61,154 bases of DNA from a plasmid: the sequence record NZ_CP121836.1. One strand, written 5' to 3'. Made by a program: the position numbers and the translations under genes. Position 1 is the stretch's first letter. Each line of letters starts with the position of its first letter. A model generated the notes under the pieces. The model did not search any database. It was not told the origin of the DNA and was given only the letters and a program-made list of their open reading frames with translations. Positions 39,709 to 47,940 of the stretch are shown here, one piece after another.

Positions 39709-40231
39709 CGATCCCCCACTTGTTTAAGTTGCGTTGAAGCAAACCGGCGACTTCCTCGCGGTGGGAATCGATCTTTTCAGATAGAGCTAGAACCGCCTGG
39801 CGGTTGAGCTTATCCGACTCTCTAAACTCGGTGTTCAGTACCTTGGCGATCTGGTTCAGGTTCCGGCCTATTGCCGCCAACTCCCTGTTTGACGTTCGCA
39901 GTGCTTGGATCTCGCTCTCGGTAAGAACCGGCTCGCGGTTCAGGTTGGCCATTGCAACAGCCGTTAGCCACGCCGTCCGACTGGTGAACCCTTCGGCCTT
40001 CGCTCGCTTCGTGATGCGCTTCATGTCTCTGGTGTTCAACCTGATATTGAGCTGATCCGTCTTGGTTTCCTTCAGCCCCTTATGGTCAAGGGCAACACTG
40101 CCCGCCGTAACCTTCTCGATCATTAGGCCCAGCATGTCGGATTCAGATACGCCCTGAGCGTGGCAGAAAGCCTGCCAGGCTTCTTTTTGCTCCTTAGTGA
40201 CGCGCCTTTCGATCCGATAGCTCTTTGCCAT
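39701..40231 (-). CDS. mobC: Relaxosome accessory protein MobC. The likely start MAKSYRIERR has a good AAGAGG ribosome-binding site.
   Basis: MobC family pattern ...NRELAAIGRNLNQIAKVLNTEFRESDKLNRQAVLALSEKID. Overlaps the relaxase start. Confidence 0.8.
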   Translation of the reverse strand: MAKSYRIERRVTKEQKEAWQAFCHAQGVSESDMLGLMIEKVTAGSVALDHKGLKETKTDQLNIRLNTRDMKRITKRAKAEGFTSRTAWLTAVAMANLNREPVLTESEIQALRTSNRELAAIGRNLNQIAKVLNTEFRESDKLNRQAVLALSEKIDSHREEVAGLLQRNLNKWGIDE

Positions 40232-40520
40232 TAACGACCTCTTTAAACATGGGGGGGCAGGGGGGGACAGGTGCAATTTTAGCACAAGCGGCGGCAGACG
40301 CTAGCAAATTGCGAATCCTGCCCTAGTTCTAACCCCCCCATGTTTTTTCGTACGTACGAAATTTTTCGGTTTTGCAGTGGCTTTTGGCCTTCGGCCAGGC
40401 TCACCAGGTCGCGGGGCTCCCTGGCTCGTCGGCTTCCCCTAACTTTGGATTGTGCAATCCAAAAGGCTGCCGCATAATGGTTATAGATTGTGCAATCCAA
40501 TACACGGAGCAGGGCACTAG
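40232..40520. promoter_or_regulatory. Putative oriT and divergent promoter region between mobC and the SprT-like gene. Contains poly-G/C tracts, the 18-bp palindrome TTTTCGTACGTACGAAAT and two TTGGATTGTGCAATCCAA-type operators.
   Basis: Position upstream of the mobC-mobA operon, with inverted repeats and G-rich tracts (GGGGGGGCAGGGGGGGACAGGTGCAATTTTAGCACAAGCGGCGGC). The nic site was not identified. Confidence 0.45.
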
Positions 40521-41252
40521 ATGAAACCAACATTGCAGGCTTACGACGAACTACAGCGGGCATATGATCACTTTAACAACGAGCTGTTTGATGGTGTCCT
40601 GCCCGATTGCCTGATCACCCTCCAACGAGAAAAACAAACCTATGGCTATTTCAGCCCGGAGAGGTTCGTTAACTCCCAAGGAACCCGGACGGACGAAATC
40701 GCCATGAATCCGGCTTACTTCGCCGTATGCCCCCCCGAAGAAATTATGCAAACGCTTTGCCACGAAATGTGCCACCTATGGCAGCACCATTTCGGCAAGC
40801 CTGGGCGGCGTGGCTATCACAACAAGGAATGGGCCGACTTCATGGAAGCTATCGGACTAATGCCAAGCAGCACCGGCGCACCTGGTGGAGCACGAACCGG
40901 CGACAAGATGGCGGATTATGCCATTGAGGGCGGGCGCTTCTTGGAAGCATATGAAAGCCTGATGACGGATGACTATCGGATCAGTTGGATGGATCGCTTC
41001 CCCAGTCGTGAAAAGCTGATGGCAGCAATCGCCAACGGCACCACCGATGAAATGGCCGGGGATCTTTCTATCATGGGGCTGGCTGGGATCTCTGTTGAGG
41101 ATGGAGAAATCACATTTGAGCCAGGGGAGCGCCCGAATAAGTCGAATCGGGAAAAATATACTTGCCCGCTCTGCCAGGCGAACATTTGGGGCAAGCCTGG
41201 CCTAAACGTCCTATGCGGAGACTGTGACACGGCTTTTGAGGCCGCTAACTGA
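40521..41252 (+). CDS. SprT-like zinc metalloprotease domain protein with a C-terminal zinc ribbon (243 aa). It is the first gene on the putative leading side of oriT.
   Basis: HExxH motif LCHEMCHLWQHH within a SprT-like fold pattern. C-terminal CPLCQ...CGDC. Confidence 0.7.
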   Translation: MKPTLQAYDELQRAYDHFNNELFDGVLPDCLITLQREKQTYGYFSPERFVNSQGTRTDEIAMNPAYFAVCPPEEIMQTLCHEMCHLWQHHFGKPGRRGYHNKEWADFMEAIGLMPSSTGAPGGARTGDKMADYAIEGGRFLEAYESLMTDDYRISWMDRFPSREKLMAAIANGTTDEMAGDLSIMGLAGISVEDGEITFEPGERPNKSNREKYTCPLCQANIWGKPGLNVLCGDCDTAFEAAN

Positions 41253-41377
41253 CGCGCTTCGCTTGTCGGCCCTCGGTTCGTGGTGAACAGACTTCGCTAG
41301 TTCACCACGCCCCAAGGGCTAGATTAAACGCCAAAAGTAAGGGGGCCGATTTTGGCCCCCTTGTTCGTTCTGTGACT

Positions 41378-41605
41378 TCAGTTGTTCCCGCCATTTGCCA
41401 GCTTGCGCCAGGCGGCTAACGTCGCCTGGTAAAAGCTGCGGCCTATTCTCGACGGCACCGCCAGCACAAGCACGGCCACCGTTGCAATAATGGCCAGCCA
41501 GGCCAACAGGGTTTGACTGTCCTTCAGCAATGGATAGGCCGCGAACAACAACAGCACTCCAACGGCAACAGCAGCGGCAAAGTAGGTTTTCGCTTTTGCC
41601 GTCAT
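41378..41605 (-). CDS. Small two-TM membrane protein (75 aa), the last gene of the korA-incC-korB operon.
   Basis: Two hydrophobic helices. Starts 3 nt after the korB stop. Confidence 0.4.
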   Translation of the reverse strand: MTAKAKTYFAAAVAVGVLLLFAAYPLLKDSQTLLAWLAIIATVAVLVLAVPSRIGRSFYQATLAAWRKLANGGNN

Positions 41606-41607
41606 GG

Positions 41608-42909
41608 TCAGCCCTCGATAACAGCAACAAGCTGAACTTGGTTCAGATCAACTTCGATTTCTTCCCCGTCGTCGTCGTACTTCAGCCAGCCCAAACCATA
41701 TGCAGCGCGGCGACTGGACAACAGGCGAGCCGGTCGCTCGTCATAGCGCACCTGAATGATCGGCTTCTTGATTTTGCCTTGTTGCTCGTCAGCGTTCAGC
41801 AGGGCATTAGCCGCCGCATCCGGCCCGCCCCCGCCAATCGGGGCACCGTCGATGGTCAACGGCTGTTGCTTGTCCTTATCGCCTTCACCTGGCCAGCCTG
41901 TGCCGCCTTGGTCGTCACTGTCCGGCTCCTTGTCGCCGCCTGCACCTGGCCAGCCTGCGCCGCCCTGGTCGTCACTGTCCGGCTCTTTGTCGCCGCCTGC
42001 ACCTGGCCAGCCTGCGCCGCCCTGGTCGTCACTGTCCGGCTCTTTGTCGCCGCCTGCACCTGGCCAGCCTGCGCCGCCCTGGTCGTCACTGTCCGGCTCT
42101 TTGTCGCCGTCTGCACCTGGCAAGCCTGCGCCGCCCTGGTCGTCACTGTCCGGCTCCGTGCTCGGGTTCTTCAGGTCATTACAGAAGCGGCGAACGTCTG
42201 CCGTTGTCAGTTCGTCCCCATCCTCGGCAACCATGCTTTCGATGCAATAGGTTTCCACCTCGTCGGGGTAGTTCTTGAATGAACGATGCAGGATAGCCAA
42301 GGCTTGAACGGACACGCATCGGCCCGAGTCGTACAGCTCACGAATGCAATCCGGCAACTCGAAAAAGCTGATATGGTCAGACACGAACGAAGCGGGCTTA
42401 CCCAGCTTTCCGGCAATCTCTGATTTCTTGTCTCCGTTGTCGATTTGACGCTGGATGAAGTGGGCCATTTCGAGGGCCGTCAGCCCCTCCCGTTGAATGT
42501 TATCGACGGCGTTATCGTACTCGTCGGCGTCAGAGTCGATAAACGCCGGGACGGTATCAAGGCCCGCTTCCTGTGCGGCCAGGTAACGCCGATAACCGGC
42601 GTTAATCATAAACTCGCCTTCAAGCTCCGGGTGAGGCTTCAGGCTAAGGGGGTTTTTCACCCCCCGTTGTTTGCCTGTTACCTTACTGACCGCCTTCATA
42701 GAGTCAGCCAGTTCGGTGATTTTTGCCGGGTCTACTCGCTGGCGACTGTTGTTAGGGTCTGGATGGATTTTGCTGATCGGTACTTCACGAATCAGCAGGT
42801 TGTTATTCTCTGGTTCCGCCGCCTCTACTGGCGCGGCACCAGGCCCGCCCATCAGGTCGGACAGGTTGAACGAATCCAGCCCGCTGAGGTCTGCCCCTTT
42901 ACCACTCAT
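41608..42909 (-). CDS. korB: ParB/KorB-family partition and global regulator protein, with an acidic Gly/Asp-rich 19-aa tandem repeat (x4-5).
   Basis: ParB N-terminal box KIHPDPNNSRQ...GYRRYLAAQEAGLDTVPAFI and a central HTH. Repeats DSDDQGGAGWPGAGGDKEP (57-bp unit, 41880-42160). Confidence 0.85.
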   Translation of the reverse strand: MSGKGADLSGLDSFNLSDLMGGPGAAPVEAAEPENNNLLIREVPISKIHPDPNNSRQRVDPAKITELADSMKAVSKVTGKQRGVKNPLSLKPHPELEGEFMINAGYRRYLAAQEAGLDTVPAFIDSDADEYDNAVDNIQREGLTALEMAHFIQRQIDNGDKKSEIAGKLGKPASFVSDHISFFELPDCIRELYDSGRCVSVQALAILHRSFKNYPDEVETYCIESMVAEDGDELTTADVRRFCNDLKNPSTEPDSDDQGGAGLPGADGDKEPDSDDQGGAGWPGAGGDKEPDSDDQGGAGWPGAGGDKEPDSDDQGGAGWPGAGGDKEPDSDDQGGTGWPGEGDKDKQQPLTIDGAPIGGGGPDAAANALLNADEQQGKIKKPIIQVRYDERPARLLSSRRAAYGLGWLKYDDDGEEIEVDLNQVQLVAVIEG

Positions 42910-43700
42910 TCAGCCACCCCCATTTTTTCAAAGATAATGCTAAAGGCTTCCTGGAACTCTTTAGCTGCCTCCCGTGCTGCGGTTTTCTTCAGATGCCAGA
43001 CCGGCTTACCTTCAGAAAGCGCCTCGGGAATAGATGAACGGATGCCAATCTTGGCGGCAATCAGCAGGTGAGCATATTTGCTCAACAGTTGCTTGAGCGT
43101 TTCCCGTTGGGCTTCGCTGCGCGGATTGAAGCGGTTGGGGAGCATACCCAGGAAATTAAGATCCGGGTTCCACTTGTTCTTTACCCCGAAGACGGTTTTT
43201 AGCATCTTCTCGATCCCGTCGATTGAGTATTCTTCCAGCTCGATAGGGGAAAGCACGTAGTTGGCCACAATCAGGGCGGCAGTCATGCGAAGGCCCAAAG
43301 TCGGCGGGGTGTCGATGATGCAAAAATCAAACTCGCTGGCCAGCGTGGCCACCTGCTTTTTAAAGTTGGCTAGGACGGCAGGATCAGCCCGTTCCATATC
43401 AGCCATCAGGGGATCGGCCTCGATTAGGGTAATAGCGTCTCCCGCCGCCAGACTGAAAGGCTCGACGCCAAAAAGAGCACTAGCGGCCAATGCTACAGGG
43501 CTCCCGGATACGGTAAGGGTCTTCGTCGCGTTCGCTTGCGGATCAAGGTCAACAAAGACGACACGCATACCCTTTTCGCGCAACGCCATAGCCAGATGAA
43601 CCGCTGTAGTGGACTTGCCAACGCCACCTTTTTGATTCGATACAGTAACAATTTTCATATGCTCAACCCTTTGGTTTATTAGCCTGTTTATATGCCTCAT
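42906..43700 (-). CDS. incC: ParA/IncC partition ATPase. An alternative short form could start at 43658.
   Basis: Deviant Walker A KIVTVSNQKGGVGKSTTAVHLA. The start is nested in the 3' end of korA, as in IncP korA-incC. Confidence 0.9.
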   Translation of the reverse strand: MRHINRLINQRVEHMKIVTVSNQKGGVGKSTTAVHLAMALREKGMRVVFVDLDPQANATKTLTVSGSPVALAASALFGVEPFSLAAGDAITLIEADPLMADMERADPAVLANFKKQVATLASEFDFCIIDTPPTLGLRMTAALIVANYVLSPIELEEYSIDGIEKMLKTVFGVKNKWNPDLNFLGMLPNRFNPRSEAQRETLKQLLSKYAHLLIAAKIGIRSSIPEALSEGKPVWHLKKTAAREAAKEFQEAFSIIFEKMGVAE

Positions 43701-44001
43701 CCTCGATGGCCTTAACTATTGGGGCCATATCGACCGGCACACATACCGAAACACGTACCCAGCCCGCCGGAGGGGTGCCGTGCTTTTCGTGCGCTTGGCG
43801 CACCTTCCTAACCAAAGCCGCTACCGCCGAACGGCTTAGGCCGGACTCTTTCACTAAATCAACCTGCCGCCGCCCCTGCACCAGGATTGCCCTGGCGATC
43901 TCAACATTCTTGGCAGCCAAGCGGCGGGGAAGGTGTTTTAGTGCTGATTCAAATTCCTCGTTGGTCAGCGCCATGACCTTCACCCTATCACAGGCGGCCA
44001 T
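43663..44001 (-). CDS. korA: KorA/TrfB-like HTH transcriptional repressor (112 aa).
   Basis: Resembles IncP KorA in size and HTH region (...AKNVEIARAILVQGRRQVDLVKESGLSRSAVAALVRK...). Heads the incC-korB operon. Confidence 0.7.
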   Translation of the reverse strand: MAACDRVKVMALTNEEFESALKHLPRRLAAKNVEIARAILVQGRRQVDLVKESGLSRSAVAALVRKVRQAHEKHGTPPAGWVRVSVCVPVDMAPIVKAIEDEAYKQANKPKG

Positions 44002-44054
44002 TTTGGCCGCCGTTTAAAGATAACACTTTATCTGTTTACGTCAATAGATAGGGG

Positions 44055-45122
44055 TTACTCTTTGGTGTCGGCTGCGTCTTTTTTCTGTTGGCGTTTCGCT
44101 GTTGGCTTAGTCAACTTGTCGATCTCCTGGTTGGCTGCCTTCAGGCTTGCGGTGAGCGTGGCCCGTTCTTCCTTCAGCGCCTCGATGCTGCCCTGGTTGT
44201 CCTGGTTGGCCTTGGCCAGCTTGCCGATCTCCTGGTTGGCTGCCTTCAGGCTTGCGGTGAGCGTGGCCCGTTCTTCCTTCAGCGCCTCGATGCTGCCCTG
44301 ATTGTCCTGGTTGGCCTTGGCCAGCTTGTCGATCTCCTGGTTGGCCGCCTTCAGGTTCGCGGTGAGCGTGGCCCGTTCTTCCTTCAGCGCCTCGATGCTG
44401 CCCTGGTTGTCCTGGTTGGCCTTGGCCAGCTTGTCGATCTCCTGGTTGGCTGCCTTCAGGTTCGCGGTGAGCGTGGCCCGTTCTTCCTTCAGCGCCTCGA
44501 TGCTGCCCTGGTTGTCCTGGTTGGCTTTGGCCAGCTTGTCGATCTCCTGGTTGGCCGCCTTCAGGTTCGCGGTGAGCGTGGCATTATCAGAGGTAAACGA
44601 CTCGATAGACTGGCGACAAACGGCGAGTTCCTGAGTCAGCCGCTCAACCTCTGAAGCCAAGCCGATTGCCTTCTGCTCGATAGTGATCTTTTCAGAGAGG
44701 GCGGCCCGAGTCTCGGCCTCCTTTTCGCTCACAGCAACACGACAGCGATCTAGTTCACTTTCCAGGCGGGCCACTTCGTCCAGGGCTTCATCACGCTCCT
44801 GATCTGCCATAGCCACATGCTCGGCGGCATGAGCTTTAACCGCTTCAATATCAGCAGCAGCCAATTTACTAGCCACCTGCCACAACTCGGCAGCCACACG
44901 ATCAAACCCGGCTTTCAGCTCCCCCGGCAGCTCAATTACAACAATGTCCGATTGCTCTTGAGAGGCCCGCCACTCACGCATAACCGGCGAGATATGAGAC
45001 AAAGAGCCGCCGCCCATGCGCTCGCGCACCTGCTCATTTGTTGGCTTTGCTACCCCTTCAGATCGAAGTGATTCAGCAGCTCGGACGATCTTTTCTTTCA
45101 TTTCAGGCTTAATCATGGTCAT
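44055..45122 (-). CDS. kfrA: KfrA-like DNA-binding coiled-coil protein with 35-aa tandem repeats (x4).
   Basis: N-terminal DNA-binding region MTMIKPEMKEKIVRAAESLRSEGVAKPTNEQVRERMGGGSLSHISPVMREWR, then a long heptad-rich helix. 105-bp tandem repeat at about 44100-44600. Confidence 0.8.
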   Translation of the reverse strand: MTMIKPEMKEKIVRAAESLRSEGVAKPTNEQVRERMGGGSLSHISPVMREWRASQEQSDIVVIELPGELKAGFDRVAAELWQVASKLAAADIEAVKAHAAEHVAMADQERDEALDEVARLESELDRCRVAVSEKEAETRAALSEKITIEQKAIGLASEVERLTQELAVCRQSIESFTSDNATLTANLKAANQEIDKLAKANQDNQGSIEALKEERATLTANLKAANQEIDKLAKANQDNQGSIEALKEERATLTANLKAANQEIDKLAKANQDNQGSIEALKEERATLTASLKAANQEIGKLAKANQDNQGSIEALKEERATLTASLKAANQEIDKLTKPTAKRQQKKDAADTKE

Positions 45123-45251
45123 GGCTTCGGCTCCCTGTATTGTATGTATTGTATTTTAATACAATGCATACAATACATACAATACAACGGAGTGAAAAAC
45201 GAACAAAAAAAACCCGGCGCAATGGCCGGGGTCGGTGACAGGGTAGCGGCT

Positions 45252-46319
45252 TCACCGCTCTAGATCGTCTTCATGGTTCCGGGGCTTGGGCTCTACAGCC
45301 TCGGCAATCTTCGGGGTTGGGTTATCCTTCCCGAGGGCCAGGTTATCAGCGAGTCGCGCCCTTACTGAGTCAACGAATCGCCCCCGTTCTGCATCGTCTT
45401 GAATTTTTACCTGGGCGAACTTATCCGCGACAGCGTACACGCTTGCGGCATCCTGGATCGCCTTATCGCCGGGATACTTCTTCAGAAGCTCTTGGTTTGA
45501 TAGCTGCCTGAAGTCTTCGGCCTTCGCCTGTTCTGGCGTTAACTCTTGCTTTCCTGGGCGTTCAGGCGCTTCAGCTCCGCTTTTGCCCATTCCCCAGCCT
45601 GCCGCATCTCTTGCCGCAGTGATTCGATCTCTGATGGCGTCAACTGATAATGCTTTTCTGAGGTGTCCGGCTTCGCCTTGGGTGAGTTGTTCGATTCCAT
45701 AGCCAAATGTAGACCTCCAATATTCATCCATTGCCTTGCCGTGCTTCTGCTCAATTGCTGCCAACATTTGAGGCTTAACAGGCATATCAACCGATCCGGG
45801 GTGAGCGGTCATTACAGCGGCCCCTAAGACCTTGCCGCCTCTGTTCTCAATGTAGCCCCTCAAGCTGGCCAGGGTGCCGCCCATCGCCAGCGTATCATCG
45901 ACAATCAGATAAGGCTGGTCACGCTCGACCTCCCCGACAAAAGCCGGGTTAATGGCCAGCCGATGATCAGCATTTGAGTTTGTACGACCGACCTTTTCCG
46001 CTTGGACAATGCTGTATTCAACCTCAAGCCCTAGACGGTCAGCGAGCACATGCGCGGCCATTAACGGGATCTTGTTGTTTCCCCCTGACTCAACAGCCAG
46101 GACAGGCACAACCTTGGGTTTCTGGTCGCCTATCATGGCCTTCACTGAATCGACCGTCTCCGGTTTCATCAAACGCCTGGCAATGGCCAAGGCGGCGGCA
46201 GGGTCGCCATGTTTGGCGGCTTCGTATTCAGGTTCTTTAGAGAGATCCTTTAGATCGCCGTTCCTCACTACTGCCGGGAAGTCTCCCCAGGGAGCACGTT
46301 CGGCCTTATGTTCGGTCAT
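45252..46319 (-). CDS. Phosphoribosyltransferase (type I PRTase fold) domain protein with a long Ala/Glu/Lys-rich C-terminal extension. Function unknown.
   Basis: PRPP-binding motif YLIVDDTLAMGGTLASL preceded by a Rossmann-like core. ATG at 46319 lies 4 nt after the upstream ORF stop. A terminator hairpin follows at about 45205-45235. Confidence 0.65.
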   Translation of the reverse strand: MTEHKAERAPWGDFPAVVRNGDLKDLSKEPEYEAAKHGDPAAALAIARRLMKPETVDSVKAMIGDQKPKVVPVLAVESGGNNKIPLMAAHVLADRLGLEVEYSIVQAEKVGRTNSNADHRLAINPAFVGEVERDQPYLIVDDTLAMGGTLASLRGYIENRGGKVLGAAVMTAHPGSVDMPVKPQMLAAIEQKHGKAMDEYWRSTFGYGIEQLTQGEAGHLRKALSVDAIRDRITAARDAAGWGMGKSGAEAPERPGKQELTPEQAKAEDFRQLSNQELLKKYPGDKAIQDAASVYAVADKFAQVKIQDDAERGRFVDSVRARLADNLALGKDNPTPKIAEAVEPKPRNHEDDLER

Positions 46320-46323
46320 GGTT

Positions 46324-46635
46324 TCAATCCCGGTCAGCGTCCCATATAGCCCCGAAACCTGCCAGGTGGGCCAAGATAGACCAAGCACCATAAGCAATAG
46401 GGCTAGGGTTGGTTTTGCTCACCCAACGTCTGAAGGTTCGGGTTCCCTTTCCGCTGCCCCTCTCACCAGGCAAACCAACTAGATCAGCAACATCAACACC
46501 ACTGAGCGGCTTACTAAGCCCTTTTCGTTGCCTAATCAGCTCCAACACCTCTTTGATTTCATCGACTGTTGGAGCCTGCCAATCTTCAGCAAACGGCCTA
46601 AGCGTTTCAGGTCTAATCATGCAATAAATCCTCAA
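46324..46635 (-). CDS. Hypothetical protein (103 aa), translationally coupled to the PRTase-domain gene.
   Basis: ORF only; no family recognised. Confidence 0.35.
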   Translation of the reverse strand: MRIYCMIRPETLRPFAEDWQAPTVDEIKEVLELIRQRKGLSKPLSGVDVADLVGLPGERGSGKGTRTFRRWVSKTNPSPIAYGAWSILAHLAGFGAIWDADRD

Positions 46636-46948
46636 ATAGCCCCGGACAATGCCGGGGCTTTTTCATCAATGGGAAACGGTCGCGGCGGCCTCCCGATACG
46701 CCTTCAGTTCAACCAAGAGCAAGCCAAGCTCCCGCATCTTCATGCGTGGCATATGAACGGGGCGGCGGGCCGTCAGAGCGTCGCCAATGTGTTTTGCAAG
46801 TGATACAATATCCGTATTCATCGCGTTTATCCTCAAATTGACCGGTGAAAGCCCCTGTGATTGGTTGCAGCCATACCAGGGGCACCATTTCTTTTTCTAC
46901 CTATGCACCTCCTTTAAGAGCCCCGGCCATCACCGGGGCTTTCTGTTG

Positions 46949-47374
46949 CTAGTCTATTGCGGCCAAGATGGCCTCTTTTTCGTCATGCTCACAAGCCCAA
47001 TCCCGCAAGCTGTGATACAGCCTTGAAAACCGCTCCTGGTCAGCGCCTTCCGTGTGAAATGACAGATGGCTATAGAGGTAGAGGCAAGCGGTAATCCCGG
47101 CAGCATCGGCGCTCATTTGGCCACTAAAGTAGTTCATAGCCTCGATGTTCAGCATTTCATCACGACGCCCAGGAGCCATATAAAAGCCGCCGTTCGACAG
47201 CTCCCACATAAGCCAATAAGCCCCGCGATACTCGCGGCAGAGCCCTTTCATTTGCTGGTAAAGCATCGACTCGAACACCACATAGAAGCGGCCTACATGG
47301 CGAGGCATTGCAGCCATACGGCGAGGGGTGGCGACCAGGGAGCAGATCAGGGGATTAAGTTCTGTTTGCATCAT
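46949..47374 (-). CDS. klcA: KlcA/ArdB-family antirestriction protein (141 aa).
   Basis: Family pattern ...YQQMKGLCREYRGAYWLMWELSNGGFYMAP...SADAAGITACLY..., comparable to RK2 KlcA. Confidence 0.85.
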   Translation of the reverse strand: MMQTELNPLICSLVATPRRMAAMPRHVGRFYVVFESMLYQQMKGLCREYRGAYWLMWELSNGGFYMAPGRRDEMLNIEAMNYFSGQMSADAAGITACLYLYSHLSFHTEGADQERFSRLYHSLRDWACEHDEKEAILAAID

Positions 47375-47484
47375 CGGAGTTCTCCGGTATTGACCGTGGC
47401 GGGTGCCCGGCCTTCTGAGATAAATAATAGGCCATTTTGACCTATTGTGTCAAGCGGGTACAATAAAAAATAGGCCAAATCGGC

Positions 47485-47763
47485 CTACTTTTTTTCGCTC
47501 CAACTGAGCCACATTTTATTCAGCTCCAGGCTGCGGGCTGGCCAATCTGGCAGATTCACCGCATGGGCGCGGTAGTTGATCCGAGTATTCAGAGTGCAAC
47601 GGGGAAAGGGGTTGGCCACCTTGCAGTAACGATAAAACAGACCGACGAGACGAGCACCGTAACGATCACGCTCCCAGGTCAAAACGTTGTGCATATGCTC
47701 GCGGCGTTCGCGTATCCATTCTCGATAGAGTTGGTGAAAGGTGCGGTTAGCTGTGTGGATCAT
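47485..47763 (-). CDS. Hypothetical protein (92 aa). It shares its 45-bp 5' leader and upstream operator with klcA.
   Basis: ORF plus the duplicated upstream region (47761-47805 compared with 47375-47419). Confidence 0.4.
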   Translation of the reverse strand: MIHTANRTFHQLYREWIRERREHMHNVLTWERDRYGARLVGLFYRYCKVANPFPRCTLNTRINYRAHAVNLPDWPARSLELNKMWLSWSEKK

Positions 47764-47940
47764 CGGAGTTCTCCGGTATTGACCGTGGCGGGTGCCCGGT
47801 CTTCTTGATTAAGATTATAGGCCAAAATGGCCTACCTTGGCAATAAAAAGCGCGCTCTACGTTAAAAAAATCACGTAGTCACGGGGGATTGCTGCCAAGA
47901 TTTCGCATAGCGTCGCCTGATTTCGTACGTACGAAATGGG

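Noticed and set aside
41530-42282. Plus-strand ORFs overlapping parB/korB (41530-42282, 41756-42250, and the minus-strand alternative frame 41856-42146)
   Set aside because: Alternative frames through the 57-bp tandem repeat. ParB motifs are in the 41608-42909 minus-strand frame only.
44062-44654. Plus-strand ORFs antisense to kfrA with repetitive sequence
   Set aside because: Generated by the 105-bp tandem repeat inside kfrA.
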